From Squalus acanthias (taxonomy: Eukaryota), in contig CM059432.1 of assembly GCA_030390025.1 (NCBI GenBank), positions 9,114,001 through 9,178,000 of the forward strand: a stretch of DNA of 64,000 nt. Reading direction: 5' to 3'. This document shows, in pieces, positions 49,663 through 61,825 of this stretch. A program made the position numbers and the translations under genes. The notes under the pieces are model-generated. The model saw only the letters and a program-made list of their open reading frames with translations. It was not told where the DNA came from and made no database searches. Each line of letters opens with the position of its first letter. Position 1 is the stretch's first letter.

Positions 49663-50581
49663 TACTTGCAAACAGGATGCATGCTCAATGAAACCCTTGC
49701 ACCTCTCGTGCGGGACGGTCTGGAAGTTTGTGTGGCACGAACGCTCCTGTCGATCAGTCAATTTAGCCTGACATCTCAAACCCGCGGATGATTTTGGAAT
49801 TCTTTAATCAGAACGGCTCAGTTTCGTTCGCCCCTCAGCTCCGGTGAGCAGAATCTGCTTACTCTTCCATAATATGGACTGCGTCTCAAAGCATTTTGTG
49901 AGGGTCGTATGATAAAGTGTAAAATCCTTGGAAATGTTTACGACAGAACAGCATCATTTATGGGAGGTTTATCGTTGCAGACACTGGAACAAGATCAGCA
50001 AAGGATATTTTATAGACGTGTATAATTTTAGCACAATGCTGTAATGATTGCCCATCTTTTCTGACTGCAGCACCCCTTGCAATCATTTTTGCCATTAGCC
50101 TTTTTAATTTTATGCATCGTTTCTTGTTTTTTAAATTTGTGATAATGAGACGATATGACATGTCATCCTGTCAGCGTTTACATCATTGATAATATTTCTC
50201 CATATTTTAGTTGGCTAGGTGAGGTGGATGTCAAAATTAATATGCAGCTATTAACATGATCTTCACAGTACTAATCCTCTTTGATTAAATTGGAAATGAG
50301 TTGCAGGCTTTTGTTCAAGAAACATTTCGCAGGAGTACAACACAAAACAGAGAAGATTCACCTGATTTAAGCGAGGGAATTTCTAGCTGAAGCTGACAAG
50401 ATGAAGCAGAGCATCAAACCTGTGGTTTATTTTAGAAGCTACACTCGGTACATACTATCAAACTCCCCGGCATGTCCTCTGAGGCACTTTGGTCACAGTT
50501 ACCTCTCTGATAAAGAAACCTTTTTAAGATACTCCCTTCGTAGCCTGCTTTTTGCTTTTTTCCAGATGTCCAAAGGCGACA

Positions 50582-51001
50582 CATAGAATCATAGAATCAT
50601 AGAAGATAGGAGCAGGAGTAGGCCATTCGGCCCCTCGAGCCTGCTCCGCCATTTAATGAGATCATGGCTGATCATCCAAATTCAGTACCCTGTCCCTGCC
50701 TTCTCCCCATATCCCTTGATCCCTTTAGCCTTAAGAAATATATCTAACTCCTTCTTGAATATATTTAATGAATTGGCCTCAACTGCCTTCTGTGGTAGAG
50801 AATTCCACAGGTTCACCACTCTCTGGGTGAAGAAATTCCTGCTCATCTCAGTCCTAAATGGCTTACCCCTTATCCTTAGACTGTGACCCCTGGTTCTGGA
50901 CTCCCCGGCCATCGGGAACATCCTTCCTGCATCTAGTCTGTCTAGTCCTGTTAGAATTTTATAAGTTTCAATGAGATCTCCTCTCATTCTTCTAAACTCC
51001 A
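50582..51001 (-). mobile_element. CR1 3' fragment
   Basis: LEFRRMRGDLIETYKIL; (CATAGAAT)n tail. Confidence 0.9.
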
Positions 51002-51086
51002 GCGCCGAGTCTCCAATTCCAGCAGGAAGCCACACTCGCAGGGATTACTTCATGGACGTGCAGCCTTGTGATTTTCCATCCATTGA

Positions 51087-51466
51087 TTTTTTTTTTCATT
51101 CGTTCCTGGGATGTGGGCTTCGCTGGCAAGGCCAGCGTTTATTGCCCATTCCCAATCGCCCTCGAGAAGGTGGTGGTGAGCCGCCGTCTTGAACCGCTAC
51201 AGTCCGTGTGGTGAAGGTACTCCCACAGTGCTGTTAGGGAGGGAGTTCCAGGATTTTGACCCAGCGACGATGAAGGAATGGCTGATATATTTCCAAGTCA
51301 GGATGGTGTGTGACTTGGGAGGGGAACTTGCAGGTGGTGGTGTTCCCATGTACCTACTGCCCTTGTCCTTCTAGGTGGTGGAGGTTGCGGGTTTGGGAGG
51401 TGCTGCCGAAGAAGCCTTGGCGAGTTGCTGCAGTGTATCTTGTAGATGGTACACACTGCAGCACGG
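51087..51466 (-). mobile_element. LINE family X 3' tail
   Basis: Homologous to 44280-44650. Confidence 0.85.
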
Positions 51467-51628
51467 TTTTAAGGGCAGGAAATTATGGGCTGTGCTCCTA
51501 CTATTTACAGCAATGAGCTCCCCACTAAGAGTGCAGGATTGCGGAATCAGCCTATTGGTCCTTCCCGATTATTTATCTTCTTGCCTCCCTTGTGCTTCAC
51601 GCGTCTTATTCTGTGTTATAGAGTCATA

Positions 51629-52409
51629 GGGCTGGATTTTGAATGACCCATGGAGTCGGGTTTGGAGGCGTGTGGGGGGTTAAATTTGCGGGGTCGGGGG
51701 TCCCGACCCCATCCCGACTCCATCCCGCCTCCACGCAATTTTGACAAAATCAGTCATGGGGTTCCCGACTCCGTCCCGCCTCCAAGAGGCGGGAGAGGCC
51801 ATTAAAGCCCTTAACAAGCCCTAAATTGGCTCTGTAATGCCATTTTGAAATGTTTTAGCTAGTTTAACCCTTTTCCGACGTGAAGCACGCCTGGTGTGAA
51901 ACACTCCAGTGAAACCTGGCGGGAGCACAAGTGGATAGCTGACTATCAGCTGCAGGTCCACTATTACAACGGAGATGTGATGAAGGTAGTAGTAGTATTA
52001 GGTCTGAAAGTCGCCTCTGATGCTGCTGCATTGAATATCTTTAGAGACTGCCTGGCCTTTGCTGTGAGAGGACTTGGATGCAAAAAATGCTCTCTCTCTC
52101 TCTCTTCTCTCTTCTCTCTTCTCTCCACCCCCCCCCCCGCCCGCCCCGCCACCCCCATCCAGGTCCACTCACATCAAAAGCCAGGCTCCTCTCTCACCAA
52201 CAGCCAGACAATCTCTGAGACCAGTCAGCAATGATGACATCATCAGAGGCGACTTTCAGACTGAAAACACTAATTAGTTCATGGGTTCCCACATGCTGGA
52301 ACTCAATTGCCCAATTAAGTGAAAATTGCATCATTGATCCACATTAATCTGGAGTCGGGGGGGGAAACACGAAATGCGGATAACACGACCCCAAGACAAA
52401 ATCCAGCCC
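51629..52409. mobile_element. Harbinger MITE family E (deletion relative of the adjacent 3.25-kb element)
   Basis: Perfect TIRs GGGCTGGATTTT / AAAATCCAGCCC; TSD ATA; first ~330 bp and last ~190 bp are homologous to the ends of 52421-55675. Confidence 0.92.
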
Positions 52410-52420
52410 ATAGATTCATA

Positions 52421-55400
52421 GGGCTGGATTTTCATTGACCCGTGGAGGCGGGTTTGGAGGCGTGTGGGGGGTTAAAATTGCAAAAACTGGCGGGCGGGCA
52501 CAAGTCCGCCTCCATCCCGCCTCCACGCAATTTTCATTAAATCGTGTCTGCTGGTCCCGACTCTGTCCCGCCTCCAAGAGGCGGGATAGGCCGTTAAGGC
52601 CCTTAACAAGCACTAAATTGCCTCTATAATGCCATTTTGAAAGGCGTTTGTGATTTTAACCCTTTTTCCACATGAAGCACGCCTGTTCTGAACCACGAAT
52701 GTGAAACCTGGCGGTAGCACATTTGGATTGCTGACTATCAGCTGCAGCTCAACCATGAAATAGGAGATGTGGTCAGCCATCATTTGCAGTTGGCAGGACT
52801 TTGTTGTCTGAGGTCTGGGGGAACTTTTATATGGCATAACCACAGCTGTGGAAGTTTGGAGCCTGACACCCATCTCCAGTGTGACCTCCTGGGAAACCCC
52901 TCTCACCACCTTGACTGAGCGCTTCCTCAACTGAGGCATATACCAGAAGCATGGGAACCATTTATTTCCTTTCCTCCTGGACATCAGATTCGGATGAAGA
53001 CCAGCTGTGGCAGCAGCAGGACCATGAACAACAGCACCACCAGCAGCAGCAGCATCAACAGGAGTGCCAAGCTGCTCCTCACCCACCTGAAGCTGCACAG
53101 GCCAGAAGGCGCCAGCGCGCGACCACATTGCTGCCCGAGATGCAAGGGATGCACTTGACCAGATTTGCTTAGCCTGCACAATCAAACACTTTTGCCTCGC
53201 ACCTTCTTATCAGACCATCGACAATGGCCAGGAACCTGCAGATTCCTATCACTCTGACCACCATACTGACAATTGCAAGTCACCCTAAGCCCTCAATGTG
53301 GAAGTCCCATTTGTGAAATGACAGACGCCACAACTTCAGCAGTTTGCCAGCAGAATTTTTAATCACACCAAGCAAGTGCTGGCATTTCAAGATTAAACAC
53401 AACATTGCACCCAAGTGACTACCCTTGTGACTACTTGTGCATTATTTTTCTTTTACGCATGCTCCTACATGGTGCTTCCCCTGTGGCTTCAGCAGATGTG
53501 GAGGCCCCTTGCTCACTTTCTTGCTGCTCCTGCCTCGACACCTTTGGCGGCCATCCTCTGGGGTTGCGAGCCTGTGAGGGCTTGGCAACAGTCTGCTGCT
53601 CCTGCGGCTGTGCAGGGGTTGAGACGCCGATCTCAGTTGGGTGAGGACTCTGGTGGGGCTCTGACCGAGGGCTTTGCAGTGGCTTAGTCGTGTGAGTGCT
53701 TGGAGAGGAGCCCCCACTTCCTTGTTGTCTGCCACCAACATCCCTCTCATGGGTCAGCCCCACCTCAGCGCTTGCAAGTGGATTGAGAGCACCTTGCTGC
53801 ACATCAGGGGGGCCATGGGGACCCGTATCTGCACTGGAAGTCCTACTCAGAAGGACTTCCATGAAGGTCTGGTTTCTGTGTTCAATAGATGACCATCGCT
53901 CCTCAAGAGATGCCAGTCTATTCTGAATAATGACCATGTTTTCAACACTCTGGCGACTTATCTCCTCCATAGCCGTAGCCATCCTCTCCTCTACTGTAGC
54001 CATCCTTTCCATGGAGGTTGCCATCCTTTCCGTGGTGATGCGATCATGCGCCAATGATTCCACAAAGGCTCTGCTCATGTTCGCTATGGACTCCTCCATT
54101 CGCTCCACACTCGCAGCGACCCTGGAGACAAAACCTGCCAGAGACTCCTGCATCTGTTCCTGAAGTTCCAGCACCGCTGATCTTATGGATGGACCCAGAG
54201 GCAGAGGGTTGACATGCAGCTGAACCGAGCTAGGAGAGTCCTGCGCCCTCTGACTAGGACTCTCCACTGCTGTCCCTGTTTCCACTATCTGCTGATGCTC
54301 ACTTGTGAGCTGTGATACACCAGGTGACAACACTACTCTATCTCGCGATGTTCCCTCCGAGGTGTAAGTGTCTGCGCTGGTGCTGGGTGTGCTGAATTCT
54401 GCTGATGTGGCGCCCTCAGAGGTTGCAGCTTCCTCTGAGGAGTGGTGAGGCTCATGCTCTTCCTCCTGGACGGTGGGGACGGCTGCTCGCGATGGTCCTG
54501 GGGGGGAGTAAAGGAAAGAGTCAGAGATGTGAGTCCAAGGTTACATGCACATTGCATATTGCAGATGATCATAAGTCAGTCTGCTGGAGCATCAGAATCA
54601 TTATCAGTGACTCATGCAATGTCAGTGAGAGAGATGATAAACTATTCTGTCACCAGCTTGCTCTGATGCACCCGTCTGTCTGTCCCCCACTTGCGCATCG
54701 TCCTCCACTCCCACGATCTCCAGGACCGCCTCCTCCAAGGTGGTGAGCTGGGCTACTGAGGGTGGCCCTCCTCCTGTCCTCGCTCTTTCCCTCTTATTGT
54801 GAGCTCTCTTTTCCTGCAATGAGGGAGACAAGTGGAGTTTGAGTGAGAATGAAGGAGTGAGTGTAGAGAATCTATATCATTGATGGTTAGAAGGAGACAA
54901 ATTCGGAGTGAGGTGGCAATACCATGGACCCTCCCTGTGTGTTGTAAGTTGTTTTCATAGCATCACAGCGATAGCGAGTGTGAGGGCTGCATAGTCGAAT
55001 AGTTAGGTGAATGTGACCATACAGAGAGAGGGAATGGGTAAGGGTGCAGGGATGTCAGTGTCAAGTGGGATGTGGAGGAAGAGGTTGTCAAAGTTGAGTG
55101 CTGGTGAGGAGAGGCAATGGGGATCAGATTGAGGGTGATGGGAAATTCATGCTCACTTTTCCAGTGCGCAGCAGGTCATGAAACCTCTTCCTACACTGAA
55201 GCCAGGTTCTGCGGGTTATGGACAACGAGTTGACCTCCTCTGCCACCTGGATCCACACAGCCTTGGTTTGATGGGAAGGCTTCTTCCTCCCTGAAGAAGG
55301 GAAGAGCACCTCCTTATTAGCTCTGGCTCCCTCAATTAGAGCTTGCAGGGTGACGTCATCAAATCGAGGTGCAGACCTAGGTCTCTGGCTGGCCATTCTT

Positions 55401-55675
55401 CCTGCAGGTGCCTCTAACATGCAAAGGCAGAAGCTTGGCAGTCTGCAGAGGAAGCAAGGCTTGTTGCAGACCTTAAATGCTGCAGCAATGATGACGTCAT
55501 CGGAAGCGACTTTCAAACTGGAAAATCTCACTGGCCATGGGTTCCCACACGTTGGAACTCAATTGGCCAATTATGTTAAAATCGCATCAATCTCCCAGAT
55601 CGATTTAGATTCGGGTGGCTAACACGAAATGCGGATTACACGACCCCAGCCCGCCCCTGAATCAAAATCCAGCCC
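52421..55675. mobile_element. Non-autonomous PIF/Harbinger transposon, 3255 bp, Myb gene only
   Basis: Perfect 12-bp TIRs; TSD ATA at 52418-52420 and 55676-55678; intact spliced Myb/SANT gene; no DDE transposase ORF. Confidence 0.9.
53431..55396 (-). CDS. Harbinger-type Myb/SANT-like DNA-binding protein, 488 aa, 3 exons: 55396-55157, 54813-54654, 54497-53431
   Basis: Both introns are GT-AG (GTGAGC..TTGCAG phase 0; GTGACA..CCCCAG phase 1). Exons total 240+160+1067=1467 nt and stay open to the stop. APRF...KEVLF...KAVWIQVAEEVNS...RTWLQCRKRFHDL...RTGGGPP is typical of Myb/SANT-like (MSANTD-type) domains. An in-frame ATG at 55420 could add 8 aa. Confidence 0.85.
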
Positions 55676-55747
55676 ATAGAGTTATACAGCACAGAAAGAG
55701 GCCCTTCGGCCCATCGTGTCCGCGCTGGCCATCAAGCCCTGTCTATT

Positions 55748-58559
55748 CTAATCCCATTTTCCAGCACTTGGTCCGTAGCCTTGTATGCTATGGCGTTTCA
55801 AGTGCTCATCTAATTGCTTCTTGAATGTTGTGAGGGTTCCTGCCTCTACCACCCTTTCAGGCAGTGAGTTCCAGATTCCAACCACCCTCTGGGTGAAAAA
55901 GTTTTTCCTCAAATCCCCTCTAAACCTCCTGCCCCTTACCTTGAAACTATGTCCCCTGGTTATTGACCCCTCTGCTAAGGGGAAAAGTTCCTTTCTATCT
56001 ACCCTATCTATGCCCCTCATAATTTTGTACACCTCAATCAGGTCCCTCCTCAGCCTTCTCTGCTCTAAGGAAAGCAACCCCAGCCTGTCCAGTCTCTCTT
56101 CATAGCTGAAACGCTCCAGCCCAGGTACCATCCTGGTGAATCTCCTCTGCACCCTCTCCAATGCAATCACATCCTTCCTATAGTGTGGCGACCAGAATTG
56201 CACGCAGTATTCCAGCTGTGGCCTAACTAGCGTTTTGTACAGCTCCATCATAACCTCCCTGCTCTTATATTCTATGCCTCGGCTAATGAAGGCAAGTATC
56301 CCATATGCATTTTTAACCACCTTATCGACCTGTCCTGCTGCCTTCAGGGATCTATGTACATGCACACCAAGGTCCCTCTGATCCTCTGTCCTTCCTAGGG
56401 TCCTACCATTCATTGTGCATTCCCTTGCCTTGTTAGTTCTCCCAAAATGCATCACCTCACCCTTTTCAGGGTTAAATTCCATTTGCCACTGTTCTGCCCA
56501 TCCAACCAACCCGTCTATATCGTCCTGTAGCCTGAGGCTTCCCTCCTCGCTATTTACCACTCCACCAATTTTCGTGTCATCTGCGAACTTACTGATCATA
56601 CCTCCTACATTCATATCTAAATCATTAATGTACACTACAAACAGCAAACGACCCAGCACCGATCCCTGCGGTACACCACTGGACACAGGCTTCCAGTCAC
56701 AAAAACAACCTTCGACCATCACCCTCTGCCTCCTGTCACTAAGCCAATTTTGGATCCAATGTGCCAAATTGTACTGGAACCCATGGGCTCTTACCTTCTT
56801 GACCAGTCTCCCATGTGGGACTTTGTCAAAAGCCTTACTGAAGTCCATGTAGACTACATCAACTGCACTACCCTCATCCACACACCTAGTCACCCCCTTG
56901 AAAAATTCAATCAAATTGGTTAGACATAATCTCCCCCTGACAAAGCCATGCTGACTATCCTTGATTAATCCTTGCCTCTCCAAGTGGAGACTTCTTTCCC
57001 TCAGAAATGTTTCCAATAATTTCCCTACCACTGATGTTACGCTCACTGGCCTGTAATTCCCTGGTTTATCCCTACTACCCTTCTTGAATAATGGTTAGCT
57101 GTTCCCCAGTCCTCTAGCACCTCCCCTGTGGCCAGAGAGGTTCTGAAAATTTGTGTCAGAGCCCCTGCAATCTCTTCCCTTGCCTCCCTTGCCTTACACA
57201 GCAGCCTGGGATACATCTCGTCTGGGCCTGGGGATTTATCCACTTTTAAGCCTGCTAAAACAGCTAGTACCTCCTCCCTCTCAATACTAATTTGTTCAAG
57301 TATATCACAATCCCCCTGCCTGATTTCTATGCCTACATCGTCCTTCTCCATAGTGAACACAGATGCAAAATATTCATTTAAAATCTCACCTACATCTTCC
57401 GGCTCTACACACAGATTGCCACTTTGGTCCCTAATGGGCCCTACTCTTTCCCTGGTTATCCTCTTACCCTTAATATACTTATAAAACACCTTGGGATTTT
57501 CCTTTATTTTGCCCGCCAGTGTTTTTTCATGCCCCCTCTTCACTCTCCTAATTTCCTTTTTAAGTACCCCCCTGCACTTTCTATACTCCTCTAGGGCTTC
57601 CACTGTTTAAGTCCTTTGTATCTGCCAAAAGCCTCCCTTTTTTTCCTAATCCATTCTTGTATATCCCTTGACATCCAGGGTTCCCTGGGCTTGTTGGTCC
57701 CACCCTTGACCTTTACGGGAACATGTTGGCGTTGTACTCTCTCTATTTCCTTTCTGAAAGACTCCCACTGCTCTGATGTGGATTTTCCTACAAGTAGCTG
57801 ATCCCAGTCCACTTTGGCCAGATCCTGCCTTATCATATTAAAATCGGCCTCCCCCCAATTTAGAACCTTTATTTCCAGTCCATCTTTATCCTTTTCCATG
57901 ACTACCTTAAATCTCACTGAATTATAGTCACTGTCACCAAAATGCTCTCCTACTGACACTTCTACCACTTGCCCGGCTACATTCCCTAGAATTAGGTCCA
58001 GTACCTCCCCCTCTCTTGTAGGACTTTCTACATGCTGGCTCAAAAAGCTCTCCTGGATGCACTTTAAGAATTCTGGATCCTCTAAGCCTTTCACACTCTG
58101 ACTATCCCAGTTAATATTGGGGAAGTTGAAATCTCCCACTATTATTACCCTATTATTTCTACACTTCTCTGAGATTCGCCTACATATCTGTTCCTCTATC
58201 TCCCCCTGACTGTTTGGGGGCCTATAGTACACTCCCAGCAAAGTGCTTGCCCCCTTTTTGTTTTTAAGTTCTACCCATATGGCCTCATTAGAGGAACCTG
58301 CTAAGATATCATCCCTCCTTACAGCAGTAATTGACTCCTTGATTAATATTGCGACACCCCCTCCTCGTTTACACCCCCCTCTGTCTCGCCTGAAGATTCT
58401 ATACCCCGGAATATTCAGCTGCCAGTCCTGCCCCTCCCTCAACCATGTCTCTGTGATAGCAACAATATCATACTCCCATGTGTTCATCAACACCTTCAAT
58501 TCATCTGCCTTACTCGCAAGACTCCTTGCATTAAAATAAATGCCATACAGCCTTGCCAT
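55748..58559 (-). pseudogene. CR1 ORF2 (APE endonuclease and reverse transcriptase), with frameshifts near 57600 and 57080
   Basis: APE motifs NARS, ITETW, GDFNFP, DLIL; RT motifs QHGF, DFSKAFDKV, GVPQGSVLG, FADD. Confidence 0.9.
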
Positions 58560-58678
58560 ACTCCCTTGTGCCGTTACATATTTGCTCTGCCTTCCAGGCT
58601 GATTTGTTTTTTCCTCTATATTTGGCTGTGCATCACCCCCTACTATAGCTCCACTCCGTATCCCATCCCCCTGCTAAG

Positions 58679-59179
58679 TTAGTTTAAACCCCCCCCAACA
58701 GCACTAGCAAACCTCCCCGCAAGGATGTTGGTCCCATTTCGGTTCAGGTGCAACCCGTCCGACTTGTACAGGTCCCACCTTCCCCAGAAGCAGACCCAGT
58801 GATCCAGGAAACTAAAGCCCTCCCTCCTGCACCAACTCTTTAGCCACGCATTCATCTGCTCTATCCTCCTATTTCTATACCCACTAGCACGTGGCACCGG
58901 GAGTAATCCAGAGATTACAACCTTTGAGGTCCTGCTTTTTAATCTGCTACCTAGCTCCCTAAATTCTTGTTGCAGGACCTCATCCCTCTTTCTACCTATG
59001 TCGTTGGTACCAATGTGAACCACGACCTCTGACTGTTCACCCTCCCCCTTCAGAATGCCCTGCAGCCGTTCAGTGACATCCTTGACCCTGGCACCAGGGA
59101 GGCAACATACCATCCTGGAGTCACGTCTGTGGCCACAGAAACGTCTATCTGTTCCCCTTACAATAGAATCCCCTATCAC
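58679..59179 (-). pseudogene. CR1 ORF1 C-terminal SGNH/GDSL esterase domain (5' truncated)
   Basis: GDSIVR, HIGTND and DGLHLN blocks. Confidence 0.88.
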
Positions 59180-59789
59180 TATTGCTCTTCCACTCTTTGT
59201 TATCTTGGGTTATAGCTTGTTCCAGTGAAAGGAACGGCTGTAAATATATTTTAAAAAATAACATTCGGACGCTTTATTTGCAAATGATTCGCAATGTAAG
59301 TGCCACTCGAACATTTCCAGCTCTATCTGTTACTCTTCACCTCCCCTTCAGAGAGCTTAACTAATGAATGAACTTTGCCCATAATGTTTTTGGCCTCGGG
59401 TATTTATATGGAATTAGTGTGATAGGACTAAGAATAATTGTTTTTTTAATTGTTAAATGTGTCCTGGATAACAGAGAGTGCGCTGTTTACCAACGCCACA
59501 CAGTCCGAGCATTAGCTGAGCTCCAGGAGGCGGACAGTCGACACGCTAATAGCGGCAGTGGAAACGTACGTGCTTGTGCAACTTAACGGGAGTGGGGCAG
59601 TTTAAGGGAAGCGGAAGTCTAGGGTGACAGACATTCTGAAAGCGATTGGAAAAGCTGGAGGGGGAAGAGGACTATGACAGCATGGGCAACAATGAAGGGA
59701 AAGGAAGGTGGAAGCATGAGTCTGGAGGCAAGTGAGCCGGCCCCCCTGTTTGATGATTGTTGAGGTGGGGGATGTTCATACAATCATCG

Positions 59790-60512
59790 ACACTTACAGC
59801 AGAGAAGGAGGCCATTCAGCCCGTTGTGCCTGTGCTGGCTCTTTGAAAGAGCGATCTAATTTAGTCCCACTCCCATAACATTGTAAATTAGTTCTCTTCA
59901 AATACATGTCCAACTGCCTTTTGAAAGTTCCACCAGCCTTTCAGGTAGCGTGTTCCAGATCATAACATAGAGTCATAGAGTCATAATGACACGGAAGGAG
60001 GCCATTTGGCCCATCGAGTCCGTGCCAGCTCTCTGTAGAGCAATCCAGTTAGTCCCACTCCCCCGCTCTATCCCCGTAGCCCTGTAAGTTTATTTCCCTC
60101 AAGTGCCTATCCAGTCTCCCCTTGAAAACATTGAGTGTCTCCGCTTCCACCACTTCCGGCGGCAGCGAGTTCCAGGTCATCACCACTCACTGCGTAAAAA
60201 AGCTTTTCCTCACATCCCCCCTGTATCTCTTGCCCAAAACCTTAAATCTGTGTCCCCTAGTCCTTGTACCATCAACTAGTAGGAACAGCCTTTCCCCGTC
60301 TAGCCTATCCAAACCCGTCATAATCTTGTACACCTCTATCAAATCACCCCTCAACCTCCTTTGCTCTAATGAAAATAAATCCAGCTTCTCCAAACTGTCC
60401 TTGTAGCTAAGATCCCCCATCCCCGGAACCATTCTGGTAAATCTCCTCTGCACCCTCTCAAGGGCCTTCACATCCTTCCTAAAGTGTGGTGACCAGAACT
60501 AGACGCAATACT
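59790..60512 (-). mobile_element. Two tandem CR1 3' fragments
   Basis: ORF 60187-60471 with LERVQRRFTRMVPG; CATAGAGT tail. Confidence 0.85.
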
Positions 60513-61056
60513 AACATGTGATTTGAGATGGTTGTGCAGAGGGTGGTCTCTTTGGATCTCCATGGCACCAGCCCCATATTCAGCATTGCCGCATAAGGAT
60601 CTGGAGGCAGGTTGAAGTTCACAGTTGACCCGTAAGGTCTCTGGCTGTGCCATCCTTATGCAGTATGGTGGCTGCAGTGTCCCGCCAGCAGAAGGCACAG
60701 CTCTGCCTCTGGCATTCCTGAAGACCCAGACACAGTGAAGACGGTTTCCCCACGGTCTTTCCAGATAGGTGCAGCCAGGCCTGCAGAAATGGTTTGGTGG
60801 ATGTTGCTGGATGTAGCCAATCAGCCAATGCTGGCTGATGATCACCCTGACATTCCCTGTTCGTGCAGTACCAGTGAAAGCATGATAGAGCATCAAGCGT
60901 TGCATTTAGTTAGGCCTTTACATATCTTTCTCGTGCTATTGGGTCTGCTGTCCTTGCCTCCTATGTGAAATGAGTCACCTTCTCCACTAATTGTCTGCTA
61001 AAGTGAAGTATGAAGTCGCACAACACCAGGTTATAGTCCAACAGTTTTATTTGAAA

Positions 61057-61094
61057 TCACAAGCTTTCGGAGCTGCTGCCCCTTCGTCAGGTGA
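61057..61094 (-). ncRNA. Minimal type I hammerhead ribozyme motif (family 1)
   Basis: Minus strand: tcac-CTGACGA-a-ggggc(agca)gctcc-GAAA-gctt-gtga. Confidence 0.75.
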
Positions 61095-61787
61095 AGTGAA
61101 GGAATACGAATCGGCAAAGCATATATAGACAGAGAACAATGCCTGTGCAGCATACAATGTCAGACGACTACAGTTAATCTTTCTGACTGCCTTTTATCAC
61201 ACCTCGGCAGAGAAACAATCAGGTCAGTCGGGAAGGCATTATATCAAAGACATAGCAAGATACAACTAAGACAATGAGGTGGGGTTACAGGGGGTCTAAT
61301 GTGTCAAATGCTGCAGTCTGTATGGAAAACCATAAACTTTAAACTTTTTACTTTTTTTTACTGGAAATCACATCTGTGAACAAGCCAACGACGACTCGAG
61401 TCTGGATGACTCTACATCATGTAACGTGACATGAACCCAAGATCCCGGTTGAGGCCATCCTCAAAGAAGCCCTCACGGCAAAACGTCTATCATAGTGAGC
61501 CATGTTACCTCTCTTTTCCAGTAAAAAAAAGTAAAAAGTTTAAAGTTTATGGTTTTCCATACAGACTGCAGCATTTGACACATTAGACCCCCTGTGACCC
61601 CACCTCATTGTCTTAGTTGTATCTTGCTGTGTCTTTGATATAATGCCTTCCTGACTGACCTGATTGTTTCTCTGCCGAGGTGTGATAAAAGGCAGTCAGA
61701 AAGATTAACTGTAGTCATCTGACATTGTACGCTGCACAGACATTGTTCTCTGTCTATATATGCTTTGCCGATTCGTATTCCTTCACT

Positions 61788-61825
61788 TCACCTGACGAAG
61801 GAGCAGCAGCTCCGAAAGCTTGTGA
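61788..61825 (+). ncRNA. Minimal type I hammerhead ribozyme motif (family 1)
   Basis: tcac-CTGACGA-a-ggagc(agca)gctcc-GAAA-gctt-gtga. Confidence 0.78.

Larger units (their letters stand above)
55679..59195 (-). mobile_element. 5'-truncated CR1 LINE with ORF1 esterase and frameshifted ORF2
   Basis: ORF1 remnant 58679-59179; ORF2 in three pieces; 3' tail runs into ATAGAGT repeats. Confidence 0.95.

Noticed and set aside
52951..53172. Gln/His-rich ORF as a transposase gene
   Set aside because: Only 73 aa with no DDE motifs; at most a 5' remnant.
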